DNA from: Octopus sinensis
Taxonomy: Eukaryota
Reading direction: 5' to 3'
Assembly (NCBI RefSeq): GCF_006345805.1
Contig: NC_043011.1
Coordinates: 23,944,464-24,008,463, forward strand
Length of the DNA: 64,000 nt
Position numbers and translations under genes: made by a program
Part shown: piece after piece, positions 36,946 through 50,749 of the stretch
Numbering within the stretch: the stretch's first letter is position 1
Layout of the letters: the number at the start of each line of letters is the position of its first letter
Notes under the pieces: model-generated
What the model was told of the DNA's origin: nothing
Databases searched by the model: none
The model's input: the letters and a program-made list of their open reading frames with translations, nothing else

Positions 36946-38239
36946 TTTTTTTCATCGACCCTCCTAAAAATGAAAGGCAAAGTCGACCTCGGTAGTATTT
37001 GAACGCAGAACGTAGAAATGGACGAAATGCTGTTCGGTGAGTTAAATTGACCCTCATCATTGCAATTTCTTCTCGTATTGACCACAATATGAGAAGAAAT
37101 TGCAATGAGGAGGGTCAATTTAACTTTGATGGGATTTTAACTCAACCTAGATTGGGGAAATATATAATAGTTTCAAAGTTTAGCACAAGGCCAGCAAATA
37201 TTTAAGGAGGAGATTAAGTCGATTACATTAATTCCAGTGTTCAACTGCTGTTTATTTTATTGTCCATCACCCAAAGGATGAAATGCAAAGTCGACTTCGT
37301 AGGAATTTGAACTCAAAGCCTGTTGATGACGGGGTTCAATAAAGTGCTGGATGGTTCCACTTTTTATTTTTTTGCACTTGTTGACACTGTTGGATTTTCC
37401 AAGTTCATCATTCTGTTTTTCCGTCTTTGCTACACCTAAATGCAAACAGAAGTCACTTCCGGAAACGAAATATAGGAGAGCAAAAGCTGAAAGTACTTCT
37501 AAAATTGAAATAATAGTTCTTGAAGGAAGTTGTCGAAATCGTAAAATGTAATACTTTGAACTTAGATGTCGCCAATTCCGTGTTTGTGAATGTTATATTG
37601 CCCGTCGACCCTATTGTGAACATAATATGGTAATTTGTTATTGTTATTCATGAAAAATACTCTGCTTTTTATGTATGTGGTCGATGTCCATTTTTAGAAA
37701 TTAAAGATATTATAATAGACTCGTATCATTCCTACCAGTATGATTCTCCTCTACATCATCGCCTGCAGGAGGATCATGCCGAAGTGATGAGTAAAGCTAT
37801 ATTCTCGAGAACAGTAGCTATATTCTTGAGATTAGACATAAAAATTGAGTGTGCTTTTGTCATGAATACAATGAAAGATGAGTCATAGTATCCTTGGCAA
37901 AATAACACTCTCTCAGCACTTATCTGCAGGGTTCATCAAGCGTTACGTAACAGCCATGACTAAATATACAATACTCAAAGTAGGAGGCGTAATAGCTTCA
38001 AATATGGCAACAATTCAGGAGATAGGAGCATTATAGCGATAGGAGCTATATCAGGAGAGAGGAACAAGACAGGAGCATGATAGCGACTCGGGCTACCCTT
38101 GAATTTTTCGCCCCCCTTCGCCTCCTAAGCTTATAAAAATTCATAAAAGTGTTGCCGGGAACGGACTACCCTTTTACTACGCTATTAGGACATTAAATAA
38201 ATAAACGAAATTAAATTAAATAAAGAACCAATTATATAC

Positions 38240-38515
38240 GGCTTTGTAGAATCGTTAGAGAACCAGACAAAATACCTTGCGGTATTTTTTTCTGGCTCTT
38301 TACGTTCTGAGTTAAAATCCCGCCGAGATCAACTTTACCTTTCATCCTTCCGGGGTCGATAAAATAAAGTACGAGTCAAGTACTAGGGTCGATGAAATCG
38401 ACTGACTCCTCCCCCAAAGTTACTGGTCTTGTACTATAAGTTGAACTCACTATTATTGTTGTTGTTGTTATTATTATTATTATTGTTGTTGTTGCTGTTA
38501 TTATTATTATTATTA

Positions 38516-38574
<59 letters not shown>

Positions 38575-38597
38575 GTTGTTGTTGTTGTTGTTGTTGC

Positions 38598-38678
<81 letters not shown>

Positions 38679-38790
38679 GGCAGTGAGCTGGCAGAATCGT
38701 TAGATTGCCAGACAAAATGCGGCATTTATTCCGGCTCTTTATGTTCTAAGTCCAATTTCAGCTGAGGTCGACTCTGCCTTTTATCCTGTC
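38240..38790 (-). mobile_element. Two SINE family D fragments (38240-38400, 38678-38790) separated by a (TTA/TTG)n tract (38452-38677)
   Basis: CCTTTCATCCTTCCGGGGTCGAT and GTCGACTCTGCCTTTTATCC homology to 22905-23075. Confidence 0.7.
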
Positions 38791-39014
38791 ATCGTCATCA
38801 CCGTCACCGTGGTCGTCGTCACCGCCGCCACCGTCGTCGGCATCATCATTATTTAACGTCCACGTTCCATGCTGGCATGCGTTGGACGGTTTGACGGGAT
38901 CCGACAGGTCCAATGACTGCGTCGTGCTCCAGTGTCTGCTTTAGTACAATACTTTTACGGCTGGATGCCCTTCCTAACTCCAAGATCATTATATTTTATT
39001 AGAAAAATCTAGTA

Positions 39015-39198
39015 TAGGCGTAGGAGTGGCTGTGTGGTAATTAGTTTGCTTGCGAACCACATGGTTTCGGGTTCAGTCCCACTGCGTGGCACCTTGGTCA
39101 AGTGTCTTCTGCTATAGCCTCGGGCCGACCAATGCCTTGTGAGTGGATTTGATAGATGGAAACTGAAAGAAGCCCATCATATATATATATATAGATAT

Positions 39199-39252
<54 letters not shown>

Positions 39253-39264
39253 GCATATATATGC

Positions 39265-39295
<31 letters not shown>

Positions 39296-39560
39296 TGTAT
39301 GTATGTATGTATGTATGTATGTGTGTGTGTATATGTTTGTGTGTCTGCGTTTGTCCCCCACCAACATCGCTTGACAACCGATGCTTGTGTGTTTATGTAC
39401 CCGTAACTTAGCAGTTCGGCAAAAGTAACCGATAGAATAAGTACTGGGTTTACAAAGAATAAGTCCTGGGGTCGATTTGCTCGACTCAAAGGCAGTGCTC
39501 CAGCATAGCCACAGTCAAATGACTGAAACAAGTAAAAGAGTAAAGAGAGTAAAAGAGAGT
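39015..39560 (+). mobile_element. SINE family A, full length
   Basis: GGCGTAGGAGTGGCTGTGTGG...GGTTCAGTCCC head, microsatellite core, GTAAAAGAG tail repeats. Confidence 0.9.
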
Positions 39561-39651
39561 ATAACTGTGGTATTGTGAAAATAAGCGTGCTTTTCAAATA
39601 TTTGTTACATTTTTAAGTGGAAATATTGGGTTACTTGTTGTAATACTAGAC

Positions 39652-39940
39652 CAGTGTTTCTCAATCATGTTTGGCCTGTGGATCCTTTTGATTCCTATTC
39701 TACTCGACGGGACCCTTACAGCCATTTGAAGTTTTAATAAAATCTCATTGCATTTTTATAACTGAATATTATTAGGAATTGCATTAAAAAAATGTTAACA
39801 TATTTTGAACCACATGGTTCCGGGTTCAGTCCCATTGCGTGGCACCTTGGGCAAGTGTCTTCTACTATAGCTTTGGGCCGACCAAAGCCTTGTGAGTGGA
39901 TTTGGTAGACGGAAACTGAAAGAAGCCCGTCGTATACATG

Positions 39941-40010
<70 letters not shown>

Positions 40011-40315
40011 TGTGTCTGTGTTTGTCCCCCAACATCACTTGACAACCGATGCTTGTGTGTTTACGTCCCCGTAACTTAGCGGTTCGGCAAAAGGGACCGA
40101 TAGAATAAGTACTAGGTTTACAAAGAATAAATCCTGGGGTCGATTTGCTCGATTAAAAGGCGGTGCTCCAGCATGGACACAGTCAAATGACTGAAACAAG
40201 TAAAAGAGTAAAAGAGTATTTATGGGAGTATAACCGTTTTATTGAAGAGAAATTTTAACAACAAAACCTTATATGAACCCCTAAGGGTCATATGGACCCC
40301 GGTTGAGAACCACTG
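39652..40315. mobile_element. hAT-type MITE with nested 5'-truncated SINE A (39806-40217)
   Basis: TIRs CAGTGTTTCTCAATC / GGTTGAGAACCACTG; 8-bp TSD TACTAGAC / TACTAGAT. Confidence 0.8.
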
Positions 40316-40324
40316 TACTAGATG

Positions 40325-40655
40325 AAAAAAATGGCACTCCGTCGGTTACGATGATGAGGGTTCCAGTTGATTCGATCAATGGAACAGCCTGCTCGTGAAA
40401 TTAACATGCAAGTGGCTGAGCATTCCACAGACACGTGAACCCTTAACGTAGTTCTGGGGGAGATTCAGCGTGGCACAGAGTGTGACAAGGCTGGCCCTTT
40501 GAAATACAGGTACTACACATTTTGCCAGCTGAGTGGACTGGAGTAACGTGAAATAAAGTGTCTTGCTGAAGGATACCACGCATCGCCGGGAATTGAACTC
40601 ACGACCTTGGGGTCGTGAGCCGAATACCCTAACCACTAAGCCACGCGTCTTCAGA
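40325..40655 (-). mobile_element. tRNA-derived SINE family C
   Basis: Head GACGCGTGGCTTAGTGGTTAGGG...GAGTTCAATTCCC; partial copies at 1070, 2195, 42105 and 43660. Confidence 0.8.
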
Positions 40656-40830
40656 TGAAAAAAGATATACTATGATGAATTCCTCTGGTGTTACAAATAG
40701 TGTTAATTCTGCTGTAATTCTGGTATTTTGTTGGGGTTCTAGGAGTCTTATGTTGCTTTACTGAACAGCAGGTGGGGGCAGATATGTCCTGTTATATCTA
40801 TTACAGTCGACATCACTTTTGAGTAAATAA

Positions 40831-41197
40831 TAGGCGTAGGAGTGGTTGTGTGGTAAGTAGCTTGCTTCCCAACCACACAGTTCCGGGTTTAGTCCTACTG
40901 TGTGGAACCTTGGGTAAGTGTCTTCTACTATAGCCTCGGGCCAACCAAAGCCTTGTGAGTGAATTTAGTTGGCTGAAACTGAAAGAAGTCCGTCGTATAT
41001 ATATATATGTATATATATCTCTGTGGGTGTGCCTGTTTGTCTTCCCAACACCACTTGACAACCGGTATTGGTGTGTTTACGTCCCTGTAACTTAGCCAGG
41101 CTTAAAAATTAAGTTCTAGAGTCGATTCATTCGACTAAAAATTCAAGGCGTTGCCCTAGCATGGCCGCAGTCTAATGACTGAAACAGGTAAAAGATA
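40831..41197 (+). mobile_element. SINE family A
   Basis: Head and tail homology. Confidence 0.85.
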
Positions 41198-41261
41198 AGC
41201 GACAAATATTCCAAAGCATAACGGCAAACCTAGCGTGATGTGTCTTTCATCGTCTATCTTT

Positions 41262-41618
41262 CACTCGTTTCAGTTATTGGACTGCGGTCATGCTGGAGCA
41301 CCGCCTTGAAGATTTTAGTCGAACAAATTGACCCCAGTACTTAATTTCTAAGTGCAGTATTTATTCTATCGTTTCTATTTTGCCGAACCGCTAAGTTATG
41401 GGAACTTTAACATAGCATCTCCGATTGTCGAGCGGTGGGAGAGAAACACACACACACAAGAACACATATATACGACAAGCTTCTACACAGTTTCCGTCTA
41501 CCAAGTTTACTCACAAGGCATTGGACGGCTCTGTACTATAGTAAAAGACATTTGCTCAAAGTGCCGCGCAGTGGATTTGAACCTGAAACCAAAGCGACCT
41601 CCTTAACCGCACAACCTT
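41262..41618 (-). mobile_element. SINE family A (tail-to-tail with 40831-41197)
   Basis: Head and tail homology. Confidence 0.8.
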
Positions 41619-41789
41619 AGCTGCTCACCCCATCGAGAGCTAGCTTAGAATATATATACCTAACTGCTGTGATAAAAATTGCATCTTTGCATATCGACGT
41701 ATGTAGATTAAAACATTTTCCCTGTTATTTTTAGGTGTCAAAGATGGTTTTTAGAATATCCGTTGGAATGACATACTGTAAATGTGCAT

Positions 41790-42001
41790 AGATCATCATC
41801 ATGATCATCATCATCATCGTCGTCGTTGTAACCGTCGTCATGATCATCGTCGTCGTTGTAACCGTCATCATGATCATCGTCGTCGTTGTCGTCGTCATCG
41901 TCGTCGTCATCATGATCATCGTCGTCGTCATCCTCCTCCTCCTCCTCCTCCTCCCCATCATCATCATCATCATCATCCTCATCCTCATCCTCATCATCAT
42001 C
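41790..42001. repeat. (CAT)/(CGT)/(CCT) compound trinucleotide repeat
   Basis: Direct observation; source of the His/Arg-rich and Ile/Val-rich spurious ORFs. Confidence 0.9.
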
Positions 42002-42289
42002 AGCTATTGGACATTACCGTCTCAACTCCTAAGAGTCACAGGGCCAGTTACATGGTTTCCAAGGCGTATAAATGACCATGCTCATTTAAACGAGACATCA
42101 GTCCTTTTATTAGGCTTACTCATTTACAGCTGAGTAAACTGGAGCAACGTTAAACGAAGTGTTTTTCGTTAAGAACACACAAAAAAAAAATCACCAGGTC
42201 CGGGAATCGAAACCAAGACCTTGCATGAACGCAGCACCCTAACCCCTAGGCCATGCCCTTTCCCTCAAAAACAGACCACAGTCTCATAA

Positions 42290-42650
42290 CTTTTGCGTTC
42301 TGCTGGTTATGCTCTGTATGCTTAAATTGCTGTCGTCGTCGGCATTGACTCGTATCCGAGTAGTTAATCTGCAGCGAGTGATTGAGCCTCTACATCCTGA
42401 TGGGTGCGAAGGGTGCCGGTCCCTGAGGTTGCTATTCAGGCCAAGGACTGTATAAAAGAGCCGGGGGCATTTATCGCAAGGATGAGTTGGCAGGTGACGA
42501 GGAAATGCAAGTCGCTCTTTGCGCCTTCGACGTCTGATCTCTACCTCTTGACATCTGTTATTTTCCATCTGGTCAGTTTCCTCGGCAATGACCTGCCGCT
42601 ACTTTGGGTGGTCGTTGGCAATTGTCTCCCAGGTATTTGGGTTAATAGAG
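42290..42650 (-). pseudogene. RTE-clade LINE C-terminal zinc-finger fragment
   Basis: RRRRKER...HPCDKCPRLF..LGLNSNLR matches the RTE C-terminal CxxC...GLxSHxR motif. Confidence 0.65.
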
Positions 42651-42689
42651 CAGTAACCAAAATTACTGTCACAATTTTTATTTATTCGT

Positions 42690-43075
42690 TTATTCTTTTA
42701 CTTGTTTCAGTCACTTGCTTGCGGCCATGCTGGGGCACCACCTTGAAGAATTTTAGTCGAACGAATCGATCCCAGTAAGCTTTTGTAAAGCCTGTTACCT
42801 ATTCTATCGGTCTCATTTGCTGAACCGCTAAGTTATGGGGACGTAAACACACCAGCATCAGTTGTCAAACGATGGCGGTGGGGAACAAACACGCACACAC
42901 TCACACACATACAATAGGCTTCTTTCAGTGTCCGTCTACCAAATCCATTCACAAGTCTTTGGTCAGCTCAAGGCTATTGTAGAAGACACTTGACCAAGGT
43001 TCCACGCAGTGGGACTGAACCCCGAACCACGTGGTGAGAAAGCAAGCTTCTTACCACAGAGCCATGCCTGCGCCT
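42690..43075 (-). mobile_element. SINE family A
   Basis: Head and tail homology. Confidence 0.85.
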
Positions 43076-44546
43076 TATTTTCTGTTGATTGCCCTGCAAA
43101 TATATAGACCAATCATGAGAAAACTGCTGCCCGCTTAACTTTCTGAATGGGACCCCTAACGAAAAACTACCTTGAATTGTTTTACTAGAACGGCCCGCCT
43201 GATAATGAACCATGTTTCATGCAACTTGCATTTCGAAAAGATTGCCCTTGCCTGATATTGACGTTACAAATAAAAACATTTTATTTTTCAGACTTGTATA
43301 AAATCTCATATTCATTCAAACACTACCTTCGAGCAGAAATCATAACTTTCCTCTGATACATCACAAATATTGAAATAACATCGAAAATTATTGAAGCCAC
43401 TGAACCACCACGGATATTTAAACCTATTTTGGAGTTATGATAGCGTTAGAGTTAAATCTGAACATATACTTCTGTGTTGTTATAAAGGAAAGCGAATCAT
43501 CATCAACAACAACAACAACAACAGCAACAAGTCCTGCAAATTGCTGTCTCATATTCTCATGCTCATAGGATCGGTTACTCATGTTCCATGGCGTATAAGC
43601 GACCGAGATGATATCATTTCTCGCTGAACGGGCGGAGCAAATGATGTCATCTTATGGTAGGGTTACTCATTTACTGCTGTCGACTGGAGCAACGTGAAAT
43701 AAAGTGTTTTTTTAGTCATGTCCGGGAATCGAAATCAAATTTTGCGGACATGGAGTGCAAACCCTAACCACAAGGCCACGCGCCTTCAATAAGAAAGTGA
43801 AAGACACGATGAATTCTGAAATACTCTGAAAAGTATTCTTTCTTATATGGAAGTACTATTGGATATACTGATAGGTATAAATTTGGGGGATTGGCAAACA
43901 ATAAATATTTCGTTACCCTATCCACATCTTTAAACAGGGAAACTACGAGCCAGGAATATTCAATTGTCTTCAATAATTTTGATGTATAAGACACCCATAA
44001 TTTCATTTATAACCAGAACTCCATTTATATTTTAAATTTATAGATATTTTCTATATTATCTATAATTTAATTTTAAATTTTTTTGGTATTGCTTCTAGAG
44101 TTTTCCTTTGAGGAATGTTGACGTGGTACATGCATTTCAGTAGTTGGTTAGTTTGAATGCATGCTGACAGGGTGTGCGTGCATATATGCTGAAAATCCCT
44201 TTGTGTTAATATGAAAGAAGTGTTATATTCACACAAAGCGTGTTGTACATTGGTGAAAGCCTTTTGTACTTGCCTCAAATGTAGAAAGAAATGAAAATAA
44301 TTTCAATGGTTCTATGTCAATTGTTATTTAGCAAGGGAATGTTTAGCCTACATGTGATGTAGATATTAACTAATCCAGTTCCATTGACCTGTAAGTTGTG
44401 TGAAAGTCACTTATTGAAAATGGTCAATGGTACATCACATTTTCCAGACAAATAAAACCATTGTTCTGATTTGTGAATTAAAACCATTGTTCTGGATATT
44501 TGTGAAGAAAATGAAATAAAGTACACATACATATACTATTAGTATG

Positions 44547-44845
44547 TGGAGGCGTAATGGCCCAGTGGTTAGCGCAGCGGACTCGCGGTCGGAGGATCGC
44601 GGTTTCGATTCCCAGACCAGGTGTTGTGTGTGTTTATTGAGTGAAAACACCTAAAGCTCCACGAGGCTCCGGCAGGGGGGGGCGACCCCTGTTCTACTCT
44701 TTCGACCCAACTTTCTCTCACTCTTTCTTCCTGTTTCTTGAATAACGCTGCAATGGACTAGCGTCCCGTCCAGCTGGAGGGAATACATACGCCACAGAAA
44801 CCGGGAAACCCGGCTAGGCTTGAAAAGAGCGCATAAAAATAAATA
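44547..44845 (+). mobile_element. SINE family B with 14-bp TSD
   Basis: A box TGGCCCAGTGG, B box GTTTCGATTCC; perfect TSD ATACTATTAGTATG (44533-46 / 44846-59). Confidence 0.92.
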
Positions 44846-45647
44846 ATACTATTAGTATGCTCAGAAAACAATGTGTGTGTGTGTGTGGTGCAGTGTGGTG
44901 GTGGTGGTGGTGTGTGTGTGTATGCTTATCAATTCGGATACACTTTGATAAAATGGCCCCTGTTCTGCACTTGTGAATACACCACTGAATTGGTTGCTCT
45001 GGATAAATTTTACAAACAAAGCACCGTCAACCAAAACTGTCTGAAATGCATGCAGGGCGACGAAACCGCCTTGTAAGCGTTTGTGTAGTGTCCGAGCTTT
45101 GCTGATTTGCGGAACGATGGCGTACAACCGTTGTATGAAGGAGGGATTCGGTCATTAGCTAAATGCATTGTAAAAAGATACCTTTATTACTTTACTTTGG
45201 CCAGGACACAGGCAGCTTTCCTCAGTGTGGTGAGCGTTATTGGGAGGACTGGGAACATATACTTTATTTATCGGCCAAGTCCCTATCAATTTCTGTATGT
45301 GAATGTGAGGGCAGAAAATGTGTTGGTGAGGTGGGTATGAAGAGAGAGTGTTACCTATATGAGTGAACCGAGTCTTAGTATGCGTCTGTATGTTGCATAA
45401 CACAACTGAGAGAGGATTTGTTTTGATTTCTGATGGTTGTTCCCATATCAGGAAGCGTTTTTCTTTCACTTCTTTTATGTTTATGCTGCGGTTTTGTCAT
45501 ACCAATTTTCTCATACTCAATCCTATAACCCCATCTCAAACTTCTTAATAATTTGTCCTCGTTATTTGTCACTCATCTGTCACTTATAGAGGATTATTAT
45601 TGTTTTAGGTTAGAGGTAGGCCTTGGTGGTCAATAAAGAAACCCTTC

Positions 45648-45762
45648 TTCTTCTTCTTCTTCTTCTTCTTCTTCTTCTTCTTCTTCTTCTTCTTCTTCTT
45701 CTTCATCATCATCATCATCATCGTCATCATCATCAGTAGTAGTAGTAGTAGCAGCAATAGTA
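45648..45762. repeat. (TTC)n(ATC)n(AGT)n compound microsatellite
   Basis: Direct observation; lies at the 3' end of the second R4/Dong-like fragment. Confidence 0.95.
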
Positions 45763-45823
45763 GTATTTTCATTCACTCAGTGTTTCTTGTTGTTCTTCCA
45801 TCATTTGATTACTAGTTATCAAG

Positions 45824-46160
45824 TTACATCCCACAGCCATTGGTGTCTAGCACCTTCCTTATTGCTTTTGCTGTGCTAAGTAAACAAGATTTCTATAGAG
45901 TAAGTAGACTCAGGAAATCCCTCACAATATCCAGCATCCTTGACCAACCGTTCAAATTTCTTGCAACTCTTCCTAAGATTCGAATTACTATTGGGATAAC
46001 GATGGCTATACTGCAATTCAAGATTCTTTGAAGTCTCTATTTTAGGTCTTGTTATTTTTTGTTTTCTTATGTTCTTTGTCTTTCATACTTTTATCAAACG
46101 AATAAGCCACATCAATTAAGAGACACTTTTCCATCTTTATTGAGTACAACAATATCCGGA
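45824..46160 (-). pseudogene. R4/Dong-like RLE C-terminal fragment
   Basis: PDIVVLNK..CLLIDVAY.FD...KE.KK...IVIPIVI..LG...L*KSCLLSTAKAIRKVLD. Confidence 0.8.
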
Positions 46161-46162
46161 TG

Positions 46163-46583
46163 TACTCTTTTACTCTTTTACTTGTTTCAGTCATTTGACT
46201 GCGGCCATGCTGGAGCACCACCTTTAGTCGAGCAAATCGACCCCGGGACTTATTCTTTGTAAGCCCAGTACTTATTCTATCGGTCTCTTTTTACCGAACC
46301 GCTAAGTGACGGGGACGTAAACACACCAGGATCGGTTGTCAAGCGATGGTGGGGGGACAAACACAGACACACAAACATATACACACACATACATATATGT
46401 ATATATATATATATATACATATATAAGACAGGCTTCTTTCAGTTTCCGTCTACCAAATCCACTCACAAGGCATTGGTCGGCCCGAGGCTATAGTAGAAGA
46501 CACTTGCTCAAGATGCCACGCAGTGGGATTGAACCCGGAACCGTGTGGTTGGTAAGCAAGCTACTTACCACACAGCCACTCCT
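46163..46583 (-). mobile_element. SINE family A, near-consensus
   Basis: Full head, core and tail. Confidence 0.9.
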
Positions 46584-47055
46584 GAATGTTCTATTTACTT
46601 ATCCATTTGAAGTTTCATATCCCGTAGTACTTTCATGTGATCATTTTCAAGGATGTATTCTGTTTGATGATCATAAGCATTTTTTTTTCATATGTTAAAA
46701 TCAATGTAGATTTGTAAATTTATGATTGTAGCAACATTGCCGAGTCTTCCGTTTTCACAGAGCATCTGAGCAAACGTCTATGTTCTTCTTGATGTATCTT
46801 GTCTTGAATGCTTAATCCTCTGTGACCGGAGTCAAACCTCTCCTTCCGCTCCCTTCGTTAACTACTGGGATTGTGTGTGTGTGTGTGTGTGTTGTGTGTG
46901 GTGTGTGTGTGCGCGCGCGTGCGCGCGTGTATGTTTGGGAACATGTCCATGTTTATACTGTTTAACTTCGATGCTTTTATATATATGTATATATATATGT
47001 ATATATATATGTATGTATATATGTGTATATGTATATGTGTGTATATATATACGTA

Positions 47056-47110
<55 letters not shown>

Positions 47111-47168
47111 TATATATTATGTATATATATATATATATATATAGATATATGTATATATAATATATATG

Positions 47169-47228
<60 letters not shown>

Positions 47229-47244
47229 ATATATAATATATATA

Positions 47245-47288
<44 letters not shown>

Positions 47289-47295
<7 letters not shown>

Positions 47296-47935
47296 ATATG
47301 TATAGTGATTTACTGAACGCTATTAATATTGTTTGAAAAAACGTTATATGATATAACGTCAGAGGTAGCTTATAGAAAGAGTAGACATATTAATTGTGAA
47401 TGTTAAATATAAAGAAAATTAATGTTTAAATTATATATAATGAAAGAGATTACTTATATGCACTAAAGGTGTGTTTTTGCCAATGTTTACACCGATATAC
47501 ACGCTCTATAACCGTGTTTACTAGAGGATTTTTAGAAAAAATAATGAAAAATAGTTCAGAATTACAGAGAAGACAGAATTCCTTGCCTTTGTCATAAGGT
47601 ATCGAGATTGAGAGAATCAACCATTCTAAATTAAATTGTTCATTGTAGTCTTTTAGATCCCAAATTAATTTACTGATACCGGTACTATTACGTTTATTTC
47701 TATCCCTAAATGTTGAGTAATGGATAGAAATTCTTTTAGATAACTCTAGCGATGTGCTTCCAATGTAAAATTGTACTTTATTCCTTTATATAATTTAAAA
47801 ATTAATTTCCTTTATATTTAGCATTCACTATTAATATCTCTACTCTTTCTATAAGCTACCTCTGACGTTATGTCATATAACGTTTTTTCAAACAATATTA
47901 ATAGCGTTCAGTAAATCACTATACATATCCATCAT
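47289..47935. mobile_element. Fold-back/MITE with ~150-bp terminal inverted repeats
   Basis: ATGATGGATATGTATAGTGATTTACTGAACGC... (47289-47440) is nearly identical to the reverse complement of 47785-47935. Confidence 0.85.
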
Positions 47936-47968
47936 TTTTTGCAAAAATGTCTTATTGACGAGTTTCGT

Positions 47969-48065
47969 TTTTCACTTCCCTGAAGAAAAGATTACATTGT
48001 TTTATACCATTTATTCTTTTGAATAATATCAGTGAAATCTTCGAAACATGTGTCGAAAGTAAAAG
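47969..48065 (+). ncRNA. Type I hammerhead ribozyme (near-intact), predicted cleavage after GUC at 48054
   Basis: TTTTCACTTCC-CTGAAGA-A.AAGATT.CATTG...CAGTG.AATCTT.C-GAAAC-ATGT-GTC-GAAAGTAAAAG; the first stem II pair is an A.C mismatch. Confidence 0.72.
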
Positions 48066-48250
48066 TATTTGATTTATACCTGCGTTAAACTCCATTTATT
48101 TATATATTATACAAAAAATTCCACGTAAACACGAAGTTTCTACCTTTAAAATCAAGGAGTTATAACCTATTTACTCGTGTGATTTTTTGCTACCCTGATA
48201 ACTATTTATTTATTTTTTCCGTGTTAATTGTTAACAAGGCAAAAATATAC

Positions 48251-48381
<131 letters not shown>

Positions 48382-48469
48382 ATATATATATATATATAAA
48401 TAATAATAATAACTACAATAATAGTAATTACAATAATAGTAATAATAATAATAACAATAAAAATGAACA

Positions 48470-49575
48470 TAAGGAAATTATATGGCTAATTATGCCTTAA
48501 GGGGCCCAATTTAAAACTAATATTATTAAAGAAATTTTGAACATAATAAAAACATCATTTAAATAGAACAATACGTACTCGAAAATATTCTCCAATAAAA
48601 CTACAACAAGAAATGTAAGAAGTATTATATCCTCAATAAACAATTTTAAATTAAACAAATTTTATAATAATAATTTAACTCATATTAACCATAGCTACAC
48701 CAGAACTATCACAAACAATAAACAACCGTATTTTAAATAAATGCACATGTAAAGACAAATCCATAATAATTGCAATCTAGATAACGTAATTTATAAATGT
48801 ATAGTAACCTCTAATAATAATAATAACGATATTAATAATAAAGAATATCTTGGATCCACAGCGACCGAAATTAAAAGAAGAATTTCCTAGCATTATCAGT
48901 CTTTCAAAAATCTCAAATTAAAATATTCTACAGGTCTAAGTAAATACATATGGTAGTTAAAATCTAATAAAAAAGAATATAACCTTAATTGGTATATTAT
49001 TTGTAGAGCGAACTTACATAAAATAGGTAACAAAGCGTGCTTATTATATACAACAGAGTTTATAAAAATACTCCAGTCAAGACAGTTATTATTAAAAACT
49101 AATGAAGAGAGAGGAATAAAATGCCGACATAGGAATAACTTTACGCATAATAAGATGAAAAACATATAAAATACACCCCCCAGCATATCATCTCCACACA
49201 CTTATGATGAATATAGTTAATAAAAGTTTTAATAATATTTATAGTAGTATTATATACGAGTACACTAAGAAATAAGTATTAATTAAACAATATTAACTTT
49301 AAATGAATAGGCCACATTTATGTAACATAAATCTCAAAATCTACAACACTTTAAAACTCCATTTATAGCTAGCTTTACGGTTATATATATTTGATTGATG
49401 GTTATATATATTTCTAGTAATTATCTAGTAATTATCCCCTTGACTTCAACCTCTCTTATAATATTAATATTTTTAGAGTATTTTTCAGAGTATTTTATTT
49501 TATTATTTTATGCCGATCTTGTCTGATCGATGTTTTTTTCCTTGTTAAGTTTCTTTTGCTTTTTTTTTTTTGCAT
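48470..49575 (+). pseudogene. Penelope-type PLE linker, GIY-YIG and 3' UTR relic
   Basis: KEIIWL...KTNIIKEIL..SKIFSNKT...NVIYKCIV...EYLGSTATEIKRRIS*HYQSF..YSTGLSKYIW*LK...KCRHRNNF; 49510-49570 is homologous to 54210-54270. Confidence 0.85.
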
Positions 49576-49793
49576 ACTCTCTTTTACTCTTTTACTTGTT
49601 TCAGTCATTTGACTGCGGCCATGCTGGTGCACCGCCTTTAGTCGAGCAAATCGACCCCGGGACTTATTCTTTGTAAGCCCAGTACTATCGGTCTCTTTTA
49701 CCGAACCGCTAAGTGACGGGGACGTAAACACAGCAGCATCGGTTGTCAAGCAACGCTAGGGGGACAAACACAGACACACAAACACACACACAC

Positions 49794-49828
<35 letters not shown>

Positions 49829-49970
49829 CGACGGGCTTCTTTCAGTTTCCGTCTACCAAATCCACTCACAAGGCATTGGTCGGCCCGAGGCTATAGCAGA
49901 AGACACTTCTGAACCCGGAATCATGTGGTTGGTTAGCAAGCCACTTACCACACAGCCACTCCTACGCCTA
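49575..49970 (-). mobile_element. SINE family A (small internal deletion)
   Basis: Head and tail homology. Confidence 0.88.
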
Positions 49971-50652
49971 TGTATTTTTATAATCATAGATCATCGTTTA
50001 ATGATCCTCAGAAAGAAAGTAGTGCTAGTTTATCCCAAAAGGTAAGGCAACTTAAAAGAGACCACATAAACGTCTCAATTTCTTAGAATTTTGTTTCTTC
50101 TGCCCCCACTTATAAGATTAGAAATAGAACGTACCTTTTACGCCTTGAAGACTCTTATATAATTATGAAAAATGAACGGTTCTATCTTAAATTCGAGAGA
50201 TGAAAGAATTTCTCTCTTGTAGACATTTGTCCAAATTTATTTTCATTGACCTTAAATAGTTTTATTGATTACCTCTTTGTCATTTTCTCATTAGTTCTTA
50301 TTGCGCTCTTAGGTTATGTGTATGTATGTATTCTCTGTGTGAGCATGTATGTGTGCTTGTGTGGGTATGTTTATGCACGTGTTTTTATATGTATGTGTAT
50401 ATATATATATAATATTATATATATAATATTATATATATATATATATATATATTTGAGTAGTTGAATGAATTATCTTATTAAGGATAATTCGAAAGATAAC
50501 CGATACCTGGGTAGCAAATTCACATCAGAAAGAACACGGTTGAAATTACGTCCCTAGGGCATAGACTACGTGTCTTCGTGCGGAAATTTGTATGTTTATT
50601 TTAAAATTATAAGTATATGAAAGAATGGAGTTGAACGACTAGTTAACAAATA

Positions 50653-50749
50653 TCCTTTATTCTCGACATATGTTTCGAAGGCTGCATATTCCTAATTCCG
50701 AAGGAATAAGGAGTACATTATGCAGATTTCTCATCAGGAAAATCAAGGA
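50653..50749 (-). ncRNA. Type I hammerhead ribozyme (intact) in the left pLTR
   Basis: TCCTTGATTTTC-CTGATGA-GAA..CTGCATA...TATGCAG..TTC-GAAAC-ATAT-GTC-GAGAATAAAGGA: 12-bp stem I (1 mismatch), palindromic ACATATGT stem III. Confidence 0.9.

Noticed and set aside
44547-44620. tRNA genes at SINE heads (also 39015, 40590 and others)
   Set aside because: A and B boxes are present, but there is no complete cloverleaf or acceptor stem and the sequence continues into SINE bodies.
44873-45340. Short Cys-containing ORFs in unique-looking sequence
   Set aside because: No recognisable homology or consistent exon boundaries; may be unannotated repeat.
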